Assembly: GCF_009914755.1 (NCBI RefSeq) | Contig: NC_060947.1 | Source: the human T2T-CHM13v2.0 reference genome, Homo sapiens | Direction: 5' to 3' (one strand) | Length of the DNA stretch: 64,000 nt | Part shown: in pieces, positions 11,585 to 24,899 of the stretch | How the letters are laid out: each line of letters begins with the position of its first letter | Numbering within the stretch: position 1 is the first letter of the stretch | The notes under the pieces: model-generated | What the model was told of the DNA's origin: nothing | Database searches by the model: none | What the model saw: the letters and a program-made list of their open reading frames with translations, nothing else | Program-made: the position numbers and the translations under genes

Positions 11585-14500
11585 CTCTTTCTTAGTCTAG
11601 CTAGAGGTTTGTCAATTTTGTTTATCTTTTCAAAAGACTAGCTTTTTGTTTTATTGATCTTCTGGGGGTTTTTTTCGTCTCAATTTTATTTATGTTTTGC
11701 TCTGATCTTTATATTATTCTTTTCCTTCTAGTAATTTGGAGTTTGGTTGGTTCTTGCTTTCCTAGTTCTTTGAAGTCCATTATTCATTTGTTAATTTGAA
11801 GTCTTTCTACTTTTTTGATGTAAGCATTTATTGCTATAAACTTTCCTATTAGTGTTGCTTCTGATGCTTATCATAGCTTTTGATATATTATGTTTCCAAT
11901 TTTATTTGTTTCAAGAAATTTTTTTAATTTTCTTTTAATTTCTTCATTGACCTTTTGTTTGTTCCAGAGCATGTAATTTAATTTCCATGTATTTGTACAT
12001 TTTTCAAATTCCTCCTGTTTTTGATTTCCATTTTCATAGTGTTTTGGTCAGAAAAGGTGCTTGATAGGATTTTAATGTTGTTGCACTTACTGAAACTTGT
12101 TTTTTGGACTATAATACAGTCTTTCTTTGAGAATGTTTCATGTGCTGATGAGAAGAATGTGAATTCTGTAACAGTTGGATGAAATGTTCTGTAAAAGACA
12201 GTTAGATACATTTGGTCTAGAGTGCAGTTTAACTCTGATGTTTCCTTGTCAATTTTCTGTCTGGATGATCTGTCCAACACTGAAAGTCGGGTGTTGAAGT
12301 CCCCAACTACTATTGGATTTCAATCTCTCTCTTCCTTTATATCTATTAATATTTACTTTATATATTTGAGTGCTCTGGCATTGAATGCATATATATTTAT
12401 AATTGTTACATCTTCTTGCTGAACTGACCACTTCATCCTTATATAACAAACTTCTTTGTCACTTTTTACTGTTTTTTACTTGATGTGTATTTTATCTGAG
12501 AGCAGCATAGTTACTACTGCTCTTTTTGGGTTTCTATTTTAATGTAATATCTTTTTTCTGTCTCTACACTTCCAGTCTATGTATGTCTTTATAGGTGAAG
12601 TAACATTAAGCATATAATTAGGTGCTGGTTTTTATCTATTCAGTCACTCTATGTCTTTTAATTGGAGAATTCAGTCCATTTACATTCAATGTAATTATTG
12701 ATAAGTAAGGACCTCCTACTGCCATTTTATTACTTGTTTTCTGGTTGTTTTTTTTTTAACTCCTCTCATCCTTTCTTCTTTTTTAATGTCTTCCTTTATG
12801 GTTAGGTGTTTTTCACTGGTGGCATGTTTTAATTCCTTTCTTTTCATTTTAAGTGTTTCTATTATAGAATTTCTGCTTGTGGTTACCATGAGGCTTACAA
12901 AAAAAAACTCTATAGCAAGCTATTTTGAACTGATGATAACTTTTATCATAAGGAAAAGAAGCAAACAAACAAAGCAACAACTAAACAATTTTACACTTTA
13001 ACTCCATCCACCCACAATTACGCTGTTGCCTCAATTATCATCTTTTTATATCATATACTTCTTAATAAAGTATAGTAGTCAACATCAGTTTTGATAAATT
13101 TGAGTTTTTAGTCTTTACACTAAAAGTAAGGTCCATTTACATGCCACAATTACAGCATTAGAGTATTCTGAATTTGCCTGTGTACTTACTTTTATCATTG
13201 AGTTTTATAGCCTCAGATGATTTTTTCTTGCACATTAGCATCTTTTTCTGGCTAATTGAAAACTCCCTTTAGTATTTCTTGTAACACAGGTCTGGTGGTG
13301 ATGAATTCCCTCAATTCTTGTTTTTCCTGAACAGTCTTTATCTTTTCTTCATGTTCGAAGGATAGCTTTTCTGGGCACAATATTTTTTTTTTCCCTTTGG
13401 TACGTGGAATATGTCATCCCTCTCCCTCTTGGCCTAAAGGGTTTCTGATGAGAAGTCCATTGTCAGAGAAATCAGAACTCCTTCATATGTTATTTGCTTC
13501 TTTTGCTGCTTTTAGGATCCTCTCTTTGTCCTTGACCTTTGAGATTTTTCTTATCATATGCCTTGGTATAGGCTTCCTTTGGTTGAACCTGTTTGGTGAT
13601 ACTTGACCTTCCTGTACCTGGATATTTATATGTTTCTCTATGTTTGAAAAGTTTTCTATTATTGTCTCTTTGAATAAACTTTCTACCCCTTGCTCTTTCT
13701 CAACTCCCCCTTAAAGGCCTATGACTCTCAGATTTTCTTTTTTGAGGCTATTCTGAACTCATATGCATTCTTCACTTTTGACATTTTTTTCTTTCCTATA
13801 AATGTGTATTTTCCACATATCCTGTTTTCATGCTCACTAATTTGCTCTTCAGCTTGATCACTTCTGCTGTTGAGACCCTCCATGTGTTTTTCATTTTGGC
13901 TATTGTATTTCTGTTCCAGAATTTGGGTCTTTTAATTATTTAAATATCTTTGTTAAAATTCTCTGATAGATTCATTTATCGCTTTTCTGTGCTTTGAGTT
14001 TACTGAGTTTCCCCAAAACTGCTACATTGAATTCATGAGCCGAGAGCTCACACAGCATTATCTCATTAGGGTCATTAGCTGGCTCCTTGTCTTGACCATT
14101 TGAGGAGGTCATGGTTCCCTGTTTGCTCATGTTTCTGATGGACATATGCCTATGTCTTTGCATTGAAGGAATAGTTGTTTATTCCTGTCTTCACTGTCTG
14201 GCTTGGTTTGCTTTTGCTAGGGTATGTCTGTCTAGAGGTTTTGTGTCAATTGACTATTGAGTTTCCTTAGCTTGAGATTGCTGCCTCCTTTTTGGCACTA
14301 GATGTCTCCCTAAGCCTGGGGTTGCTAAGGCTGTTGGAAAATTTGGAGCACTGCCTGTCCTGGACGGGACTTCACGAAGAACATACCCTGGCTTTGTGAG
14401 AAGGCTGGCTACAAGTCTGTGGCCCAAAGGATCTCTGTAGAGTGCCACCTACTGTGTGGTGCTGCTAAACAGCCTCTCTGATTTGATGTCTCTTTTGGCT

Positions 14501-14860
14501 GCAATAAAGAAGAGGCACTAAGTTTCATGTGCAGGGTGGTGCTAGCCACATCTTCATCCTTTCTCTAGCTATCCTCAGGAGTTTTCACCCTACAGGCACT
14601 TGTGATTCTTCTCATGGAGTGAGGCAGGAATGGTTTTCTTGTGAAGGAACCCAAGTTTGTGGGCAAGCTGAATATCCACCTCAATGTCACTTTTCCAGTG
14701 TAGAAACCATGAGTTCTAGAGATTTTTTTGCACAGTGCTTCGGGGAGGACTATTGCAGTTAGAGAGCTCCATTTTTTTTTAACCTTCTGCTCATGATTTT
14801 TCACTTATCTTGGGCCCAGGAGTCATCACGACCTTGATTTTGAGTTTTAAGATATTACTG
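11585..14860 (-). mobile_element. Second L1M: ORF2 endonuclease region, ORF1 and 5' UTR
   Basis: ORF 11978-12280 DRSSRQKIDKETSELNCTLDQM...YRTFHP...FFSSAHETFSK is the L1 endonuclease; ORF 13972-14163 resembles the ORF1 N-terminus. Confidence 0.88.
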
Positions 14861-14879
14861 GTGTTAGTCTTGTACATTT

Positions 14880-16440
<1,561 letters not shown>

Positions 16441-16739
16441 TCAATGTGTCAATACTTGCTGCACAACTAGTAAGGATGTTATGTCTGCTATTTGTATTTT
16501 CTCACCTCCTATTGGGTATAGGGTCTCAGTTGATGTGGACACCTGGAGATCTGCAGTGTCATGGCAGCTGCACTGTTGGAGAGGGTTAAAGAGTGTAAAA
16601 ACTGCCTTAGGTCTAGAAATTGTACAAGAATTTGTGCTTTTTTTATTTGAGCAACTTCCCTCAGACCCCTTGGTCATTTATACTTAATTTTTTTTTTTTT
16701 AGCTGGTACAAGCAAAGTAGTATCCTTATCATCTGTCTC

Positions 16740-17260
16740 TCTACTTTTGCATAGGGGCACCATGTTCTATTAATCATCTCCATGACTCTCAACACCTCCA
16801 ACCTCCTTGGCTGTCTTTGTTAACTTGCGTATCATTATGACAACGTGAACCCTTGGCTTCTGGTGGTTAAGAGCTGCCACATCACTATTGTTTCAGAGTC
16901 TTATGTTCCCAAATCCTGCAACAAGCCAAGATCTTCAGCAGCATCTCCTATACTCAGTTCCTACATATAGTACAAAAGAGGAGAGTCACTGTTGAACTTC
17001 TTAGAGATTCTAGTATCTCCTTTAGCAGTGCATTCTTTATGGCTTCAGTAAATGGTGTGTCCTCTGGTCTTTGGCATGGAATGAATGTACTCGTCTGGAG
17101 GGGCTTCTGTTCACACATAGTTTATCAACTGCAGCATGTACATATCCCTGACTCATTTAATCCCTTCCAGCACAATATACCACAACAATTCTTGCATTTC
17201 AATCTCACTTAGCATGGGCTATTACATTTTCAATGCTCCTATGAGTCATCTTGCACTGGT
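16740..17260 (-). mobile_element. ERV-L gag fragment
   Basis: Minus strand at ~17041-17067 encodes PEDTPFTEA, a conserved ERV-L gag motif. Confidence 0.55.
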
Positions 17261-17299
17261 CTCCCTCCTGCTTACTATGCTGTAATCACACTTAGAAGC

Positions 17300-17675
17300 A
17301 TTGCTATTTGTTTTGACTCCAATAGTCCCAGCTCCTTCCTCACTCAAAGCCTTCCAAAGAGTTATTCTCTCAGTCTGAGGGACACCTCCCAACTTCTCCC
17401 ACTGTTCCTTGCCTGGCTAATTCATGTTCACCCTTCCAATTTCAACTTAATCACCACTGACTCGAACAAGCTCCCCCCACCGCAACCCCCGATCTGATCT
17501 CCCCTACAGTAGGTCAAGACCTTGTGATATTCTCCCATAGCTTTCTGTACTTCATTGTGTATGTGAATCCCAATTTTACTTGCTGAGACTAACTTAATGC
17601 CTGCTTTGCCAGCTAAATTGAAAGCTTCATGAGGGTAGAGATCCCGTCTACTTGTTTACTTCTGTGTCTTCAAGC
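17300..17675 (+). mobile_element. L2 3' fragment
   Basis: 'cttgcctggctaattcatgttcaccc...aagcttcatgagggtagagatcccgtctacttgttt' matches the L2 3' end pattern. Confidence 0.65.
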
Positions 17676-20429
17676 TTTCTCTTCCTAAAATATATTTTCC
17701 TGCATTCTTGACTAAAAGTCTCTGTAGTTTTTTTAGACTTCTAATCCTGGTTCTTACGCTCATGTGATTCGCTCTGGGCTTTCTTCCATTCTGTGCTATA
17801 GTTGCCTAAAGAAAACAGTAATTATTATTAACAACACAATAAAAATTATCACCAACAGTGATGTAACATCCAAACTAAAAATTCCATTCCCTCCGCAGAA
17901 AAATGACCAACAAGATAGTTGCTTGTTTCATCTTTGTATCATCCACAGAGCTTGGAAAAGAACATTGAAAAAATTGATTCTTAAATAAATATATGTTGCG
18001 TGATTGAGTCCTGAATCTGAGGATGGGGTAAAAAATGTCATTCTTTCTAAATAAAAATATTAATCAAAAAAAAAAAAAGATAGTTGCAAAACTCCCAATG
18101 GTCCAGTGTCACCTTGCTCTGAGTCTATTCCAATGAATACTCAATCAAATCTTCTGTATGTCAGCCTCTTTTCCAATTTAAGCAAAAACAGGAAACACCA
18201 GAAATTACCCAGAGCCATTCTGTTAATATTCCTCAAAAAGTAGTGTTGTAACTTATGTGCACACAACCAAATGGAGAAAACATCATTTGCCCAACTGCCC
18301 AATTTTACATTCTGTGATGCCCATACCCACAAAGTGCATGAAATTTTACTATGATAATAATATCAAACAACAAAAATAACACATTAACAAGAGCAAGTAA
18401 GTAAATCTCTTACAAGGGAATAAATCTTGTTAGAATTATTTCCATATAATACTATATTTTCACCATTTTTTCTTATTTAAACTTTCCATTGGTTTTAAAC
18501 ATGTTAACCCCAAAATACAAACACTCAGTTGTTCTGTGAAAAGTCACACCTAATTGCAGTTTCATTCTCACTTAAATTGAGCAGCTTCCTTACTGTGGCA
18601 TTTTGGTAGCTCTGCCCAGCTGCTTAGTTTTTCTCTCTCCTGGAGGATCCTCTCTTGGAAACTGAGAAATTCCCAGGAGAAATGAGATCCCAGGTGCTTG
18701 TAAATACCAGGAGATAAGGTACCTCTGCTGGTCTGCAGCCATCCTGAATCCAGCACTGTTCCATCTTCCACCCTCCCACTCTTTCACCTAAGATGGCACA
18801 ATTAGTGGTGAGTGACGAATCATTCCAACTCTCATCCTGAAATGTTACAGGGGTCAGGAGAACTTTTGCTCTTTGTGGGTAATAATAGAAAGGATTACTT
18901 AATAAAGCATGGAACCTAAAACAGTATGTCAAGTCCCATCATATGCTTATTATCTCACAAACTGAAAGTGGTCATTTCTGCAAAATACACACTCAGAAAC
19001 ACACACTTAAAATAATATGTCCAATATTTAGCCACTTACCTCTATCTTAATGAAGACCCAGTTTCTAAGAGCATTTTGTATTAAAACAGTCATGATGTTT
19101 CTTTATCATGCCAACAGACATACGACAATCATGAAAAACCATGGACGTACTTCTGTGGTTTTGAATTATTTAAAGTCCCATGAAGGAGCAGTCAAAGAAA
19201 TGGATGACGAAGCCGTATTTCACAGCAATTTATCACTATATATTCACACTCAAATATTCATCTCTCCCCAGTATGGACACAGCTACACATTTAAAATCTC
19301 TTGTAATTTACTCAACAGGGGCTCACCCATCCAGTCAACACAATATTTTTGTTTTTGTTTTTGTTTTGAAAGCCAAGCACAAAATTGCAGTCTGTGCACA
19401 GATGCCTGTGTAGAAACACGATGGGGAGGCCTGCATCTGAGGAAGGCTCTCCTGACAGAGGACATTGCAAAGAGTTTATAAGGAAGCCCTAGGATTGTGG
19501 GGGTGAGTGTCCAAGCTCACTATGCTGAGAAGGAAGAAGAGGTGCTGAGTGGGCCAGAGCCTAGGCTCACAGCCCCCTGCTCAATTACAGCTCCTCTGCC
19601 ATCCTAGTCTTCATGGACTGGGGATTATGCAGACCAAAATGATTGCTACCCTTTCTTAAAGAAATTATTCAGGTGGATAAAAGAATTATGCCAATAAAAT
19701 ATCTGGAAACAACAGCTTACTAGTTTTATGTAAGAGTACTGGACTCAAAGGACCATGGACCAAGTTCACCCATGGGCTGTCTCGTGCAGATGGCGTGAGA
19801 GCATTTAAGGTACTTAAAGAGTGATGGCAGAAAGCAGTGGAGTAGTTTAGGGAATGGAAGTGGATACTTTCGGCCTTGGGCAAAAGGGGCCAGGTGGGGG
19901 TCCAGGAAGGGGGACTTGTCTTCAGACAACCAATGATAGAGCAGACATAATAGGATATGTAGGACATGAAACTTCCGTGTGTATGGTGGGGATAAGGTTG
20001 AGGGAAAACAGGGGATAACAAGTGCTGTTTGGGTACAGATAGGGGGCAGCACGGGGACACTGGGTGGCCCACAGCTGTAGAAGGGTGAATATTAAAAGAG
20101 TAGAAGTATGACTCTCTAATTAGCTTTCTGATTTGGTATTTGGGCAATCTTACTACCTTAACTGTAGCAACTTGAATACTAATGTGGCTAGAGCATTAGA
20201 CAATAAGTTGTCTCTGAGCATATCAGGGTGGCCAAGTTACTGGGGCTATGATGGTCTTGTGTCAATTCCAGGGTTCATATTGAAGATGGAGAATCCAGTG
20301 GCATTCTGAATTTAACCTTAAATTCTGACATCATGAAATAGACAGTAAACATATAAACACACTAATCATTAATCATTAGTGATATGGAAAGACATTATCA
20401 TCAATTCATCATAAGAAAAGATACTAATC

Positions 20430-20815
20430 ATTGATTCATTAATCATTATGGAACTGTGAAATAAAACTACAATGTGAAACCATTACACAAACACCAGAAT
20501 GGCTAAAATGACATCAAAGAGAAACACCTTGCATTATAGAAAATGTAGAGCAGCCAGGACTTTCTCACAAAGCTAGTCAAAGTAGAAGTTGGTACAACCA
20601 CGTGAGAAAACCTTTCCCCTGTAGCTATTAAAAACTGAGCAAGTGCATATCCTATGACTCAGTAGTTCAACTCCTAGTTATATACCCAACAGCAATGAGG
20701 GTGTATGTTCAGGAAAGGACATGTAAAGGGGTATTCATAGCAGCATTATTCATAATGGTCATAAACTGGCAATAACCCAATTGTCCAACAACAGTGGAGT
20801 GGATAAATAAACCAC
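20430..20815 (+). mobile_element. L1M (MC/ME-type) 3' fragment
   Basis: 'aaaactacaatgtgaaaccattacac...cagaatggctaaaat...atatacccaac...gtggataaataaa'. Confidence 0.7.
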
Positions 20816-21999
20816 CTCACAATGACACTGAACAACATGTGCTGCTCTCCTTGTCAAACAAGTTGCCTAAGACTTTTCTATGTTTTGTCAACTTTCCATG
20901 ATTAAATTTGTATTGCTTTAAAACAATGCTGAAAGAAAAACTAAAGGAAAAAAGCCATATAAACCCCATATTAATCATTTCTACTGAAACGAAGTGTCTG
21001 TGGCTCCAGGCAAGGCCGTTTGAACATTTGATCTTTCCAAGCCACACTGTTCAGTCAATCCGATTGTCTTATGTCAAAGCACCTGACCTTCAGAGCTCCC
21101 CTCACAGGGTTCAGGTAATCCCCTTGTGCCTCTTCCATCTTCCACAGATGTTTCAAGTTCGTTCACTAGACAAGATGTGGGCTAGAAGTCTCTAATTAGA
21201 CATTCCTCTTTCTGAACACATCTTCCTCTCCCACCAGCCTGCCTAGAGAACTGCTCTTACAACATCACCTGTTCTTCATCCACACAGGAACTTCCATCTG
21301 TCCTGTTGTCCTTCACATGAGCGAATGGCACAAGCAGGTTGGGCTCTGAGTGTTCAGAATGACTTGCTGTAAGGATTCTGGTAGTCTGAGATTGCCTTGA
21401 GGTTAACCTTGGGCTGCCTGGGGCACTCCTGTGTTCTCTGTTCCTCCCACTAGGTCAGGCTTACAGCTGACCTCTAAGACGTTAATCCCTCACAACACAC
21501 ACACTGCTTAATGCTATTCACTGTCTTGTGATGTCTTGGGCCATCTGTGGAAGTGAGGAAGCTCTGTCCTTCTGAGGGAGTGGTAGGAGAGCTACCTCAG
21601 CATCCCTGAGTGGGTTCAGGAAACTAGCTGATCCTAAGCTTGTAAAAATGCCAGGTGATACCAACATGACAGGAATGCAGTCCTCAAGGCACTTGCTGAC
21701 TTTATCCCTCCTGCTCATCCCTTCTTCACCCTTCTGCCCATATCCCACTGCCCAAGTTGTTTTGCAAATCCTGCTTTTGGGAGTAGGCAATGTGTGGCAT
21801 GGGTCAAGACCCACTCTATGACGACTATGAACTGAGAGAAGGCAGAAACAAACTTTCCTTGCTGATGTCAGCTGTTCTCTGAAAATGGATGAAGGGTGTG
21901 AATATGAACAAATTCCAGGGAGGAGAGAGTGAGGACAACTGTCCCCTGGAAGGTTGTTATCCTCCAGTATCTGGAAATCTTCCTTTACCTGGGAACTGA

Positions 22000-22233
<234 letters not shown>

Positions 22234-22474
22234 TAGAGTGTGGCATCAGAGGTGGATATATACACTGGAAGTCCCTTGCCCTGAAACATGGAAAACATGC
22301 AAACCAGGAGTCATACCATAACCTGAATTGCTCCTTGCACTGAAGGCAGTCCTCCATTCTTTGCCCCACATCCCCAACATGACCACTACTTTTGCACAGC
22401 ATATCGAGTGGCTGTTGAACTGGTTTTATTCCTTCCAGTTGCCTGCAGCAGTTTCTAAAATTGCTTTCATTTTC

Positions 22475-23066
22475 AAAGAAATACAAATACAACTATCTTT
22501 TGACCCAACAGTTCCATTACTGAGGATATACCCAAAGGAAAATGAATCATTCTACCAAAAAACAAAAAAACAAAAAAGCACACATGCACCCGTATGTTCA
22601 TTGCAGTGCTATTCACAACAGCAAAGACATGAAATCAACCTAAATGCCCACCAATTGTGGACTGGATTAAGAAAATATGCTACATATACACCATAGAATA
22701 AGACACAGCCATAAAAAAGAATGAGATCGTGTCCTTTGCAGGAACATGGATGCAGCTGGAGGCCATTCCCCTGAACAAACCAGTGCAGGAACAGGAAACC
22801 AATTATCACATGTTTTCACTTACAAGTGGGAGCTTAACATTGGGTGCACATGAACATTAATGGAAACAGTAGACACTGGGGACTATAAGAATGGGGAGGG
22901 TGGGAGAGGGGCAAGGGTGAAAAAACTACCCTTTGGGAACTATCCTCACTACCTGGGTGACAAGTTCAATCATATCCAAAACCTTAGCAGCACACAATAT
23001 AGCTGTGTAACAAACCTCCATGGGTACCCCCGAATATAAAATAAGTTGAAAGAAAAACAACAAAAA
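22475..23066 (+). mobile_element. L1PB/old L1PA 3' end
   Basis: ORF2 C-terminus FDPTVPLLRIYPKE followed by 3' UTR and A-rich tail; approximate TSD aaat(t)gctttyatt. Confidence 0.88.
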
Positions 23067-23135
23067 ATGCTTTTATTGCTAAATGTGTTCACCCTGCCTC
23101 AAATTTCATTTCATTTTGCTCTGATTTTCATATAA

Positions 23136-23434
<299 letters not shown>

Positions 23435-23544
23435 CTCTTTCTTCACCTTTCTTAAGTGGTTTATCGCTGACGGACTCTACAAAATTGTTCTTTACCCCAG
23501 AATTCTGACATCTATAAATGTTTGAGTGAAGTACTCAAGAAGCT

Positions 23545-23980
23545 GTTAGGCTGGGTTACCACATTTCCATAGGTATGGCCAGTAAGGAGGCCTTGAGTCC
23601 AAATGGATTTGGACACTTTATTATGCATTACATGGCAGGCCACATGAGCTTCATGTTTACATCAGTTACTGTGGTTCCCCAAGTCCTACCTAGTGGTCTG
23701 TGACACAGCTGAGGAATTCTGAGCTTAGGAATTTCCCAGTCTTATAAGGGCACAGCTAACATACCTGATCCAATGTTGCCATGGAAGAAGCCATTATCAT
23801 TATTATTCTAGTTAGAAAACAAATCTGCCCTCTGACCGAGAGAGAGACATTAGCTATAATCTCCTTGCAATGTCTCTGGGTTGGGCAGGAGACTCAAGCA
23901 TTATTACACTGGAATGTAAGCAAATATGCTTCCTGACCTGGAACAACTTTGCAAATATCCTCAAACAGAGCTGTAAATGT
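23545..23980 (-). mobile_element. Old LTR element, family uncertain
   Basis: TTTATT (reversed polyA signal) near 23617 and 'cttataag' TATA-like element near 23741; LTR-like layout. Confidence 0.35.
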
Positions 23981-24069
23981 CATTTGTTGAGAAGATGTGC
24001 AGAAACACCAGGCCCATGCCTTTGGGTGGAGAAGGGAATGCCACCTGGATCAATTAAAAAAAGGTCATT

Positions 24070-24820
24070 TTGAAAATTCAACATTCAATCTTAATGAAAT
24101 TTCTCATTAATAATTATCAGGCAAGCAACCTAGATGCCTGATATCACCACTTCAGTCAAGACTTTACTGCACATTCTATCAAATTATCTAAGACAAAAAC
24201 AAAAAGAATAGATATGAATAATGAATAGAAGAGCAAAATTTTATCACCATTTTCAGAAAATTTCATCATCCACCAAGAGGAGTAAAATGTAGGAGAATCA
24301 ATGGAAAAATATCAAAAGTAAAATAGAAGAGTTTATTGAGTGGGAATTACATCAAATAAATATACAAAAGTTTACAGTTTTCTACATGCAGCCTATCACA
24401 AATTAGAATATAGTAAAAAAAAAGAGTGCATTCTAAACAGTAATTATAAATAATAATATATCTAGAAATAAACTTAGGAAAAATGGTTCCATTGTTAAAC
24501 AAAAGAAAATGAAAAACTTTAATGAAGGTCATGAAAATTCTGAACACATGAATATGTCATATTCTAATAAAACCTGCATGAGATATGAGAAAATGTTTAG
24601 GATTATAATTGAACTTAAAGGTGAACTGGATAAATACACAGCAATGTAACAGCTGTAAAACCAAGATTGGATTGAAGAAAAGCAGATAATGAACAGGGAA
24701 TTGGCTTAAGTGATAGCAAAGTTAATGCAACAGTTAAGCAGTATGGTTCTGGATTAGGAACTGATAAATTGATTAATGGAAAAGGATAGCAGGTCCAGAA
24801 ATCAAACCCTGTATACATGA
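24070..24820 (+). mobile_element. Diverged L1M ORF2 fragment
   Basis: 'aaaattcaacattcaatc...atatctagaaataaactta...aggtccagaaatcaaaccc' follows L1 ORF2 colinearly. Confidence 0.65.
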
Positions 24821-24826
24821 AAATGT

Positions 24827-24854
24827 CACACACACACACACACACACACACACA
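24827..24854. repeat. (CA)n microsatellite
   Basis: About 14 uninterrupted CA units. Confidence 0.95.
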
Positions 24855-24899
24855 TGCTATAGGGGAAGGGAAAGGAAAAGAGACAGAACAAGTCTGACT

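Noticed and set aside
19050-20330. 143-aa and 153-aa ORFs and possible old DNA-transposon/LTR fragments
   Set aside because: No recognisable domain and low-information composition. It is probably ancient repeat debris that I cannot name reliably.
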